Positions 1 through 9,124 of a stretch of DNA of 42,691 nucleotides are shown here, one piece after another. The stretch covers positions 1 through 42,691 of the forward strand of contig JAJSZP010000003.1 of the NCBI GenBank assembly GCA_030262775.1. The letters are read 5' to 3'. This DNA is from Deltaproteobacteria bacterium (GTDB lineage Bacteria; Desulfobacterota; Desulfobacteria; Desulfobacterales; ETH-SRB1). The stretch's first letter is position 1. Each line of letters begins with the position of its first letter. Made by a program: the position numbers and the translations under genes. Below the pieces are notes generated by a model. It searched no databases. It was not told the DNA's origin and was given only the letters and a program-made list of their open reading frames with translations.

Positions 1-27
1 AAAAATGGGAACAACTCAATCTTATTT

Positions 28-100
28 CAGCAAGGCCCTATGGGTTTTGCTGAGAACGGCCTTATAGGTCGAATTCAAACCACGTTTTATAAGCGTGGTT
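28..100. repeat. Two adjacent hairpins, possibly the end of a mobile or REP-like element
   Basis: TCAGCAAGGCCC-TAT-GGGTTTTGCTGA (28-54, with G:T pairs) and AACCACG-N9-CGTGGTT (78-100). They lie where the truncated SxtJ copy ends. Confidence 0.45.
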
Positions 101-281
101 ATTGATTTTTAGGGGCAGTCATATTAATGAGAAGCAAAATGACGGATAACACCAGCAATTTGCTTTCGTGATAATATAACGTCACAAACAAACATATAAG
201 AACCACGGCCATATCGGTATCTTTTGCCTGGTCTTTGCTGATTCTCCATAGGATAAAACCGCTGTTTTTATCTGTTTTCAT
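99..281 (-). pseudogene. Truncated 5' half of an SxtJ-family membrane protein
   Basis: Near-identical to the first ~58 aa of 4418..4825 (MKTxKNSxFIxxxISKDQAKDT...). Similarity stops at about position 107. Confidence 0.85.
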
Positions 282-317
282 AAATGAGGCAAATAATTAG
301 CATTAAAAAAATATTCC

Positions 318-1775
318 TCAAGCAACCGTTGCTGTCTTTAACCTGCTATGTTCAGCATCGGCCAGACTAAAAGTAACTATGGCAAATCCCATAAAAAACC
401 AGATAAAAGTTTGATTATACCAGAGATCCACAACACTATGTATCATATATGCAATAAAGATTCCCGTAAAAACCAGTCTCATTGTCTGGTAATAGGTCGT
501 CTGGTTAAAAAAAGAAAAGATTCCATTTTTAAATAACATTTTTGCAATAATCAATAAAACCGAAAGACCAAAACCTATACCGACCAGTCCAAAATCAAAG
601 AAAATTGATAGATACAGATTGTGAGCATGGATCAGACATTCAGTATACTGCTGAAAGCCGCCAAGTCCCAGTCCTTTGAGAAGAAGTCCTTTTTTCAGAA
701 GCAGGTCGAGGCCATGCTGCCAGTTTTCCAGCCTTGCAGCCAGAGACATTATTTCTCCGCTGCTTTCAATAAATTGTGCGTGTATTGCGTAACCGAAAAT
801 ATTAGCAAAAGCAATGGAACTCATTCCTATGGCAATAAATATTGCTGTAAAGACAGGTATAATAAAAAATGCCTTCTTTCGTAATACAGAGCTCCCGATA
901 ATGAGAAAATAAATCATGATTATGCCTGAACCGACACCTCCCTTTGAAAAAGTAAGGCAGTTTGCAAACATCAATAAAATCAAAAACGAGATTAAAACAA
1001 AGCGTTGAAAACGGGTTTTTGATATGATAAGCAGCCCGATTGCAATGCCAATAGGAGCATTCAGACTAAATGAGGAATAGTTGGAGTGCATTACTACATA
1101 GCCCCTTGTATCTACCCCTACAATGTATCTGAATATCAAATTATAATCACTAAAAATATTTTGTGTGAAATAATATGCAGGATGAAAAATAATGGAATAT
1201 ATTATCATCACAGACATAATACCCCCTGTGAATATCCAGCACCACATACATTTTTTGTAAATTTCTTCAGTAAAATTCATGAAGCATGTGTAATAGTACA
1301 AAAGGATATTAAAGGTGAAAAATGCAAATTTTAAAAGGCTGTATTCTAAATTTGTGCACCAGGTGATCGTATAAAGACTATAAATATATAATATAAATAT
1401 CGGAATATTTAAAGATTGTCCCAGATTGACCGGAGTTTGAATCCGGGCCGTTATTCTGACCCCAATACAAGCCAGGCCGATCAACACTAGAGGCATATAT
1501 ATGGGCATGGTATTCATACCGAAAAACATTGCTTTGTCTGATATAAGAAAACCAATAGTATTCCAGAAAATCACTACCCAGAAAATTAAAAAATATAAGC
1601 TCCATTCCGGTTTTTTAACGAATACTATTGCCATTACACCGAGCAATACAAGTGTAAAAAAAAGCTGCCAGCCCAGGACAAGATATAGTACTCCAAAAAG
1701 AATTTGCAGTATAACAATTCCCGCCCAGGAAAAAAACTTCAAAGAACGACTGTTTTTTAAAGTAATCTCAATCAT
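318..1775 (-). CDS. O-antigen ligase/Wzy polymerase-family membrane protein
   Basis: 485 aa with many hydrophobic segments. TFSKGG, R..NW, GLGLGGF and HAHNLYL motifs are typical of Wzy_C. Confidence 0.85.
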   Translation of the reverse strand: MIEITLKNSRSLKFFSWAGIVILQILFGVLYLVLGWQLFFTLVLLGVMAIVFVKKPEWSLYFLIFWVVIFWNTIGFLISDKAMFFGMNTMPIYMPLVLIGLACIGVRITARIQTPVNLGQSLNIPIFILYIYSLYTITWCTNLEYSLLKFAFFTFNILLYYYTCFMNFTEEIYKKCMWCWIFTGGIMSVMIIYSIIFHPAYYFTQNIFSDYNLIFRYIVGVDTRGYVVMHSNYSSFSLNAPIGIAIGLLIISKTRFQRFVLISFLILLMFANCLTFSKGGVGSGIIMIYFLIIGSSVLRKKAFFIIPVFTAIFIAIGMSSIAFANIFGYAIHAQFIESSGEIMSLAARLENWQHGLDLLLKKGLLLKGLGLGGFQQYTECLIHAHNLYLSIFFDFGLVGIGFGLSVLLIIAKMLFKNGIFSFFNQTTYYQTMRLVFTGIFIAYMIHSVVDLWYNQTFIWFFMGFAIVTFSLADAEHSRLKTATVA

Positions 1776-1782
1776 AAAAAAT

Positions 1783-3549
1783 TTAATTGTAGTCCCTATT
1801 CCTGATTTCTAAATTCCCGGCCCCCTGAATAAAAACAGGTTTTTTCCCAAGGTTGAATTCGACTTTTCCATTTTTTATTTTTTTATTTTTCGTTATTATT
1901 TTATTGCTTGATACTTTGGAGATTATAATTTCAGACACATCTCCGACATTTAATACAAGTTTTTGCGGATATTTCATTTTTTTCTTTAAAACGGCAGGTT
2001 GTAAATTTTCTGTTATTATTGTTTCATAATTCAGGGGGGCAAAAGCTATCCACATTTTTTCTCCATTTTTATTTCTGAATTCTTCGATCCAGTAATTCTC
2101 AGAGTTGACAATACCGGCTCTGTGGCCTGAATATATGGGATAGCGTTTAAGTAACTGAATCAAATATTTTGCAAAATAATAATGCCTTCTAATAATGCTT
2201 TTTCGTTTGTCTATCAAGCCAGCAGTACTTCCTGAGTTGGTTTTAATCCCTGAAAGTATCTTTCCCATAATGTTATTTTTTTTTAAATTTGACAGTGCGT
2301 GAACATAACTTTCAAGAATCAGAACAGATGCTTCGTCTTCATCAGTCCAATCCCAGGTCTCTTTCTGATTGCGTTTCATCGGTTGACCATCATGTCCCTC
2401 AGTTATAAAAATCGGCTTATCAGCGTATCCATAATTGTTAAGGATCTGGCGGTATGTGTCAAAAATGTGATATGCGGAAATAAAATTTCCCATTTTGGTT
2501 CCCTGGGTTCTGGATAAGTCTTTGGGATAATCATGTAATGCAAAGAAATCAAATTTTGGGTGCGCCTTGAAATATTTTTTGAAAAATGGAGTTGAGTATT
2601 TTTCGGCCTCTAAGCCACTTCCGGTACAAAAACCTGCTGAGCCAACCTGTATATCCGGATATTCGGATTTGATTTTTTCATATGCAGCATTGTTTGCCTG
2701 CACCAGCTGTTCTGATGTACCACTCCACTTTCTGCCTCTGCCTGTGCCGTCATTTGCTTCGGCCGGTTCATTATGGAATTCAACATATTGAATATTCATT
2801 TTTTCTTTGTATTGCTTAACAAATGCATAAACAAATTCCGTATATTTTTGCGGACTAATTTCTCGTTCAGGCTTTAGTGATCTCAAAAAAGCAGGAAAAA
2901 TTGAGATATTATATTTTTGAGATAATTCAGCAAGATGATCATAATCAAAATTGTTAACATTAGGATTACCTTTTATAGGACCCGGTCTTTCAAAATAACC
3001 TTTCCACACCGGTGGTTTTCCATCAATCGGCACAATTTTATCCCATAAAATACCGATTTTAATACAGGACATGTTCAGGTCATTACATATTTGAAAATAT
3101 TCTTCAATTTTTTCAAGATCCAATTCGTCCAATGCAGCAACCTGAAGACCATATATAAAATCAGAGTCGTTTTTTGTAAGATTTGCAACTGTGAATTTTT
3201 TCTGAACATTATGGTTTGTAAAATATCCGGTTTGGACTTCCTGCCGATAATAATTTTTCCATAGTGTTTGTTCATCCTGCCCAGAGTAGTTGTTCTTTAA
3301 GATCTCAATTGCTTCCCGCAATAACTCCTTAGCTTTTTCAGGGTCTGTTTTTGAAACTTCCCTGGAATTTCTGTTAAGTTGCCTTGCTTGAGATATATTT
3401 TTTACTGCCGCTTTTTCTTCTCTTAATAGAGCCTGTAATTCTTTTACAAGGTTGTTAAGTTCTCTGTCTATTGCAAAGCTGTTGTCAACTGACATAATAT
3501 GCAAAAAAAATACTGCCAGTATAAAACAAAATGATTTTTTTAAATACAT
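1783..3549 (-). CDS. Secreted clan GH-A glycoside hydrolase (GH39/GH5-like, PslG-like role)
   Basis: N-terminal signal peptide, acid/base motif EFHNEP, ALHDY and nucleophile motif FITEG. Confidence 0.7.
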   Translation of the reverse strand: MYLKKSFCFILAVFFLHIMSVDNSFAIDRELNNLVKELQALLREEKAAVKNISQARQLNRNSREVSKTDPEKAKELLREAIEILKNNYSGQDEQTLWKNYYRQEVQTGYFTNHNVQKKFTVANLTKNDSDFIYGLQVAALDELDLEKIEEYFQICNDLNMSCIKIGILWDKIVPIDGKPPVWKGYFERPGPIKGNPNVNNFDYDHLAELSQKYNISIFPAFLRSLKPEREISPQKYTEFVYAFVKQYKEKMNIQYVEFHNEPAEANDGTGRGRKWSGTSEQLVQANNAAYEKIKSEYPDIQVGSAGFCTGSGLEAEKYSTPFFKKYFKAHPKFDFFALHDYPKDLSRTQGTKMGNFISAYHIFDTYRQILNNYGYADKPIFITEGHDGQPMKRNQKETWDWTDEDEASVLILESYVHALSNLKKNNIMGKILSGIKTNSGSTAGLIDKRKSIIRRHYYFAKYLIQLLKRYPIYSGHRAGIVNSENYWIEEFRNKNGEKMWIAFAPLNYETIITENLQPAVLKKKMKYPQKLVLNVGDVSEIIISKVSSNKIITKNKKIKNGKVEFNLGKKPVFIQGAGNLEIRNRDYN

Positions 3550-3584
3550 ATTCCCTCCATAAAATTTAAGTCATTAATTCCAAT

Positions 3585-4249
3585 CTATAACTAACCTAAA
3601 TTTCTAACTGTTTCTTCAGGTTGTCTCATTTCCAAAAGAACATCATCCAGTACACTTTTAATTTTTGTTCTTAAATGTTTGTGGATCTCTTTTTTCTGCC
3701 GGCTGATATTCTTTGTTTCCCCGCTATCCTTTCGAAGCTCAAAAAGCTTTTCACGACCAAGCTGTGTGATTAGCCCAGGGCCACGTCATTAACAAATACG
3801 AATGACCAAAATCCGAAATTCTAAACGGGCTGAGTCCCGCAGATATTGGATAACTATCTGAAATATTTTGGCCATTTGATATCCGAAATTAGATATTGTT
3901 TCGAGTTTCGGATTTTGAAGTCCCCAGAAACTCCTAATATTAAAGCGTTAGCACCAACTTTGACGTTTCCCTGACATGTAGCATACACCTATAGTAAGCA
4001 GTTTTTAATTGTTTTTTATAACACATATTCTTGGGAAACCCTCTGCAAAAGCTATTCTGTCATTGTTCAGTTTCTGTCCTTTAAGTGCCTGGGCAAAGGA
4101 TTGTCCGTCCAGTTTGAAATCACCTTCATATTCCAAAAAATCCAGAATAGTTGGGGAAATATCCATTAACTGAACTGTTTCAAGCTTCCTGAATTATTAT
4201 AGTCCACAATAAGCGGCACATGAAGGACTTCATTTTACAGATCCATACC
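3585..4249 (-). pseudogene. Decayed 3' copy of the sulfatase-like gene (9124..10467), interrupted by a MITE
   Basis: 3585-3778 aligns by eye to 9124-9345 and about 3992-4249 aligns to about 9423-9690, with small deletions and stop codons. Confidence 0.85.
3776..3973. mobile_element. MITE-like element (198 bp)
   Basis: Imperfect TIRs CAGGGCCACGTCA / TGACGTTTCCCTG and an internal inverted repeat AAAATCCGAAA...TTTCGGATTTT. It interrupts the sulfatase relic. Confidence 0.65.
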
Positions 4250-4251
4250 AT

Positions 4252-4416
4252 TAGTGTCCGAACGAAAGCTCCCGCTACATGATTTTGTTGGGTTTCGCTC
4301 ACTGAAACTATATTTTGGTAATTGCTTGATATTCGCAGGTTGGGTTGAGGTACGAAACCCAACTGATTACGCTCAACCTAACTCTACAAAAAACTGGAGT
4401 TTTCGTTTATACACTA
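4252..4416. mobile_element. MITE/REP-composite element (165 bp)
   Basis: TIRs TAGTGTCCGAACGAAAGCTCC / GGAGTTTTCGTTTATACACTA, internal REP-like GTTGGGTTTCG...CGAAACCCAAC, and an IHF consensus match at 4319-4331. Confidence 0.7.
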
Positions 4417-4417
4417 T

Positions 4418-4825
4418 TTAGTAAGGTTTATCAATATCTTCGGGTTTGAATTCATGGTTTCTTGTTTCAAATACTGATGATTTGTTTTTCTTCCATTTTT
4501 TGAGCATCATGGCGTCTGCCCCCATGATTTTCCGGACAACTCCAACAGGCGTAATCACCGTAAAAAAAAGAACTGTTAAAACTATTTTTGACATGAGAGT
4601 TCCAAGGATATTAGACAATCCCAGCCAGATAACGGCTGCCGGTTTATATATTTTAGGCACGGTCATATTAATGAAAAGCAGAATAACGGATAACACCAGC
4701 AATTTGCTTCTGTGATAATATATTGTCACAAGCAAACATATAAGAACCATGGCCATACCGGTATCTTTTGCCTGGTCTTTGCTGATTTTACCGGGGATGA
4801 AACTGCTGTTTTTATTTGTTTTCAT
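4418..4825 (-). CDS. SxtJ-family membrane protein (intact copy)
   Basis: 135 aa. W..L...LG..MS.I.L...FF.VITP.G..R...G.D pattern and a C-terminal ...DIDKPY typical of SxtJ. Confidence 0.85.
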   Translation of the reverse strand: MKTNKNSSFIPGKISKDQAKDTGMAMVLICLLVTIYYHRSKLLVLSVILLFINMTVPKIYKPAAVIWLGLSNILGTLMSKIVLTVLFFTVITPVGVVRKIMGADAMMLKKWKKNKSSVFETRNHEFKPEDIDKPY

Positions 4826-4830
4826 AAATA

Positions 4831-4997
4831 GGGATCGACCTCATACACTTTCTGAATCAAATGCGCTCAGTATTGCCTGAACTCCTGGATGACATTTTAT
4901 TGGGAATGACGGTCGGAATTTCATTTTCGACATTTCCCTTCTTTCGTAATCCATTGGATTTGTTGGAATAGTAGCCGTAGTAGCATACAGTCCGGCG
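4831..4997 (-). mobile_element. IS91-family transposase C-terminal remnant
   Basis: Manual translation gives YYGYYSNKSNGLRKK, then a frameshift and stop, then HLIQKVYEVDP. This matches the IS91 YYGxYSN...WARLIQKIYEVDP signature. Confidence 0.75.
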
Positions 4998-5023
4998 GTT
5001 TTCTATACGCTTCTATTATCAGA

Positions 5024-5347
5024 TTGTTTTTAGATAATGCCACATATTGCAAGGATAGAATTGTTTCTCAAAGGCTGAAAAATCATCCAAAACTTCAAAT
5101 CGAATTTTTACCGCCTTATGCCCCGAATCTAAACATGATTGAGCGTTTCTGGCGTTTTGTTAAAAATAATCTTGTGAAAAACACATACTATAAAAAATAC
5201 AAAACCTTTCGCGCAAAAATCTTTCAGCTTTTGAACCATGTGGAACAACATCTTGATGAATTTAAAATAGTAATGGTTAAAAAATTTCAAATCATGAAAA
5301 ACAGCCGCATCAACTATGTCAAGAAAAACCCACCCGAAGGGTGCTAA
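5024..5347 (+). mobile_element. IS630-family transposase C-terminal remnant
   Basis: LDNA.Y and LPPYAPNLNMIERFWRFVK motifs (second D and E of DDE). The N-terminus is missing. Confidence 0.85.
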
Positions 5348-5467
5348 GGGCTCGGTCAAAAATAAGTTGGTAGAATTTGCGCCCCAATTTGTCATCAATA
5401 CCAATGAGTATTACTTTTTTACTTGATTTTCCATAACAATTCATCTGTATTTTATGATTCGCTATAT

Positions 5468-6520
5468 TTATAGATTATTCAAAAGATACTTAGAGATCAC
5501 CTGATGGCCGAACTCAGAGAAGTGAGTTGAATCATTGTATAAAAACAATTTGTTTGCTTCTATTTTATTATCTCTTATATGGTTAAGCAAATAATCATAT
5601 AAATCTATGTATTCAATATGATATTGAGAAAAAAAGTTTTTTAAATTCTCTTGAGGAGTTAAGTGATCATTTGTTCTTAGTTGATATTCATAGGGAAAAA
5701 GTATGACTTTAAATTTTATGCGATTTTCAGAAAGAATTTCTGAAATATATCGTAATATCTCAAGGCCTTCTTGATAGTTTTTTTTATCAGGGTTATGCAA
5801 TCTTGCATCAGTTATAAAATATCTTGCTGATGTGTCTTCAAAAAGGCTTTTTAAGAATAAGTAGAGTCTTGAGGTTCGCCTAAGGAAATTATTTAATGCA
5901 AAAAAAATATGAATGGATTTCAATTTGTTAATTAAAAAAACGTCTTTCGTAGTATATTGAGATTGGTGCCTTAAGATATCGCTTTTAGGCAGTAAATCTA
6001 AATTGAAATCATTCAGACAGAGGCTCATAACGACGTAGCTTGAATTTTCCACAGCTTTGTTTTTTATGATATAATAATCAATGAAATTTCTATAATCATG
6101 CAAATTGTATCCAAGAACCGCTGCATTCACAATTTTATAATCGGGAGAATTTCTGTTGATAAATTCTACAAATGTTTTTTCAGCCGATACGCCGTATCCG
6201 AAAGTCATAGAATCACCGACGAAAAAGAGACTTCTCTTATCCTTCTTGTAGCCATAATCAGTATGAGGATCAATCCTGAAACCATTATTATCTGTATATA
6301 TTTTTTTACCTACAGCAATCGCTTCTGTTGATTTACTATTCGCAAAAGTATCTCCATAAACATTGTACCTGAATAAATTTTTGCTAACTCCTATAGGAAT
6401 AATTTCAGGAACAAATATGCGTACCAATATCTCCGAAAATAATATTAATACTGTCAACCCTAAAATATTCGAAATCAAAAGCGTTTTTTTCGGATTTTTA
6501 TTAAACCATTTCTGTTTCAT
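5468..6520 (-). CDS. Membrane-anchored SGNH/GDSL hydrolase-family protein
   Basis: N-terminal TM helix, GFR, VGDSMTFGYG, NAAVLGY, LND and DSTH..GH blocks. Confidence 0.85.
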   Translation of the reverse strand: MKQKWFNKNPKKTLLISNILGLTVLILFSEILVRIFVPEIIPIGVSKNLFRYNVYGDTFANSKSTEAIAVGKKIYTDNNGFRIDPHTDYGYKKDKRSLFFVGDSMTFGYGVSAEKTFVEFINRNSPDYKIVNAAVLGYNLHDYRNFIDYYIIKNKAVENSSYVVMSLCLNDFNLDLLPKSDILRHQSQYTTKDVFLINKLKSIHIFFALNNFLRRTSRLYLFLKSLFEDTSARYFITDARLHNPDKKNYQEGLEILRYISEILSENRIKFKVILFPYEYQLRTNDHLTPQENLKNFFSQYHIEYIDLYDYLLNHIRDNKIEANKLFLYNDSTHFSEFGHQVISKYLLNNL

Positions 6521-6738
6521 GAGGTTAATGACATCGCCTTTTTCGTAAAGCGAATTCCTTTCCTAACAGATTCAAGGTTGATACAGTTAATGCCAAATGT
6601 TAAAATATACTAATTATATAACTCCAGTAACTTGCGGTTCTTGCATGGTTTTTTCTGTTTGAATCCTTAATTAATAAAATTTCAGGCAATATTTAAGTTA
6701 TTATTTTTAGTCCCTGTTCTCTGATATCCGGCAAGATA

Positions 6739-8601
6739 TTAATCCATTGTAAACTCATTTTTCCAGTTTCTCGTTTCTCCCCATTCCTTCTGCTGTTTTT
6801 TTGAAAAAATACAATTTCCCATAACTAGAAAATCCATTTCAGTCCTCATGAAACAGATGTAAGCATCCTCGGGAGTGCACACAATGGGTTCACCCCTTAC
6901 ATTAAAACTTGTATTCACAATCAGCCCGTAACCGGTTTTTTTCTTAAAGGCTTTTATCAGTTTCCAGTATTTATAATTTGTATCTTTATTGACACTCTGA
7001 ATTCTCGCAGAATAGTCAACATGGGTTATTGCCGAAATATCGGTGCGAAGATGGTAAAGTCTTTCATACATCTCCATCTGCGAATAATTATCAGGCAGGG
7101 GATTTCGCCTTTCTTCAATCACAGGGGCCACAATAAGCATATATGGAGACGGGATATCAAGACCAAAATATTCTCCGATATTCTCTTCAAGGACCGAAGG
7201 GGCAAAGGGGCGAAAACCCTCCCGATACTTAATCTTCAGATTGAGTTTTTTCTGCATCTCCGGATACCGCGGATCTCCAAGAATGCTGCGGTTTCCCAGC
7301 GCCCTTGGTCCGTATTCCATTCTCCCCTGAAACCACCCGATCGCGTTTCCATCGGCAAGGAGTCCTGCGACATCATTACAGAGAAGATAGAAATCCGAAT
7401 ATTCCTTGAAAGGAGCATCAAACTTGCGAACAGAACGTGCAATCTCAGCAGAAGAATATTCGGGGCCAAGGTAGGCCCCCTTCATCAAATCTTTACCGTT
7501 CCCGGCAGGTCTTTCCTTCTTCAGCCATATGTGCCATGCAGCATATGCAGCGCCAACAGCACCTCCGGCATCACCCGCTGCGGGCTGAATCCAGATATTC
7601 CTGAATATTTTTTTTCTTAAAAGTTTGCCGTTTGCCACACAGTTCAGGGCAACCCCACCAGCCATCACAAGATTATCAGCCCTGGTAAGTTTTTTTGCCG
7701 TATCCGCAAGACGAAAAATGATCTCTTCGGTTACCTGCTGAATCGCGAGTGCAAGATCCATATACGGCTGGTCGAGTTCACTTTCAGGCTTTCTTTTCGG
7801 AATACCAAAAAGTTTTTCCCATTTTCTGTCATGACACATGGATAAGCCAGTAGCAAAATTGTAATAATCCATGTTCAGAAGAAACGAACCGTCTTCACGG
7901 ATGTCAACAAGCTCTGCAATTATTTTCTGCCGGTAGTGCTTCACGCGGTTTCCATCAGGATTTCCATAAGGAGCCAGTCCCATCAGCTTATACTCGCCGC
8001 TGTTAACCTTAAAACCGCAAAAATATGTGAAAGCTGAATATAATAGCCCCAATGAATGGGGAAAGTTGAGCTGATTAAGGATTTTTATCCTGTTCCCGTT
8101 ACCATGCCCGATTGTTGTTGTCGCCCATTCACCGACGCCATCCACAGTAATAATAGCTGCATCCTGAAAAGGAGATGGATAAAAAGCGCTAGAAGCATGG
8201 GAAAGATGGTGTTCCGGAAAAAGAAGCTTTCCTGGTTTTCCAAGATCAAGATCCTTCAGCTCATCCATGAGCTGCTTTCTCATGAAAAGCTTTTCCTTTA
8301 TCCACACGGGCATTGCAGATAAAAAACTAACAAGCCCTCTGGGGGCAAATGCATGATAGGTTTCAAGCAGCCTTTCAAACGTGATGTATGGTTTGTCGTA
8401 GAATGAAACAGCCGTGATATCTTCCAGGCCTAGGCCTGCTTCGCCAAGAACATATTTTACAGCGTGCGAAGGAAATGACGAATCATGCTTGACCCGTGTA
8501 AATCTTTCTTCATGAGCAGCAGCGATAATCTCGCCTTCAATAATTACAGCCGCAGCACTGTCATGGTAATATGCGGATAGTCCTAGTATTGCTTCCGGCA
8601 T
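6739..8601 (-). CDS. Carbamoyltransferase (NodU/CmcH/SxtI family)
   Basis: YYHDSAAA, EERFTR, EHHLSHA, DGVGE, GEYKLMGLAPYG, GGVALNCVANG, GPRALGNRS, FRPFAP and NTSFNVRGEP. Confidence 0.96.
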   Translation of the reverse strand: MPEAILGLSAYYHDSAAAVIIEGEIIAAAHEERFTRVKHDSSFPSHAVKYVLGEAGLGLEDITAVSFYDKPYITFERLLETYHAFAPRGLVSFLSAMPVWIKEKLFMRKQLMDELKDLDLGKPGKLLFPEHHLSHASSAFYPSPFQDAAIITVDGVGEWATTTIGHGNGNRIKILNQLNFPHSLGLLYSAFTYFCGFKVNSGEYKLMGLAPYGNPDGNRVKHYRQKIIAELVDIREDGSFLLNMDYYNFATGLSMCHDRKWEKLFGIPKRKPESELDQPYMDLALAIQQVTEEIIFRLADTAKKLTRADNLVMAGGVALNCVANGKLLRKKIFRNIWIQPAAGDAGGAVGAAYAAWHIWLKKERPAGNGKDLMKGAYLGPEYSSAEIARSVRKFDAPFKEYSDFYLLCNDVAGLLADGNAIGWFQGRMEYGPRALGNRSILGDPRYPEMQKKLNLKIKYREGFRPFAPSVLEENIGEYFGLDIPSPYMLIVAPVIEERRNPLPDNYSQMEMYERLYHLRTDISAITHVDYSARIQSVNKDTNYKYWKLIKAFKKKTGYGLIVNTSFNVRGEPIVCTPEDAYICFMRTEMDFLVMGNCIFSKKQQKEWGETRNWKNEFTMD

Positions 8602-8613
8602 ATTTCCTCATTA

Positions 8614-8763
8614 TCAAAAAAGTGTATATACAAATGGAGCAACCGCGGAACCACTTGTTAATAAAATTATTCCGCCGAATAAAAGAAGCATTAATATTAT
8701 CGGCAGAAGCCAGTATTTTTTCCTTTTGTTTAAAAAACCCCACAAGTCCCTTAAAAATTCCAT
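8614..8763 (-). CDS. SxtK/DUF5989-family small membrane protein (49 aa, absent from the ORF track)
   Basis: Manual translation MEFLRDLWGFLNKRKKYWLLPIILMLLLFGGIILLTSGSAVAPFVYTLF*, preceded by a GGAGAG RBS. It sits directly upstream of the carbamoyltransferase. Confidence 0.92.
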   Translation of the reverse strand: MEFLRDLWGFLNKRKKYWLLPIILMLLLFGGIILLTSGSAVAPFVYTLF

Positions 8764-8778
8764 ATTCTCTCCAGAATA

Positions 8779-8944
8779 TTATATATAAGGTCTATCAATA
8801 TCTTCGGGTTTGAATTCATGATTTCTTGTTTCAAATACTGATGATTTGTCTTTCTTCCATTTTTTGAGCATCATGGCGTTTGCCCACATAATTTTCCGGA
8901 CAACTCCAACAGATGTAACCACCGTTGTTTTTATCTGTTTTCAT
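8779..8944 (-). pseudogene. Internally deleted SxtJ-family copy
   Basis: The first ~7 codons are joined to the 3' end of the gene (~245 bp deletion, frameshifting). The 3' part reads ...KPEDIDRPYI*. Confidence 0.85.
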
Positions 8945-9004
8945 AAATAGGTATCCGGTATTTGTCAAGCAAGTTGTCGCCTAAATTAAAATTAACTATC
9001 TTCT

Positions 9005-9124
9005 GAGCCTCTTGCAGAAACAAATGAAACCACGTTGCCTGAGCTATATATTGTACAGTGGTATAAGCTGTAGCATATTATGCGATAGAGCCATGCTGAT
9101 CGGCGCTGTTTCTGCAAAAGGCTC
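9005..9124. mobile_element. MITE-like element (120 bp)
   Basis: TIRs GAGCCTCTTGCAGAAACA / TGTTTCTGCAAAAGGCTC (17/18 match), abutting the sulfatase stop codon. Confidence 0.75.

Noticed and set aside
8561-8743. 60-aa ORF from the track
   Set aside because: Wrong frame. The real gene is the SxtK/DUF5989 peptide at 8614..8763.
4418-8944. Saxitoxin biosynthesis cluster (sxtI/J/K homologs)
   Set aside because: No sxtA, sxtG, sxtB or other core genes are present. The trio is widespread in glycan loci and sits in one here.
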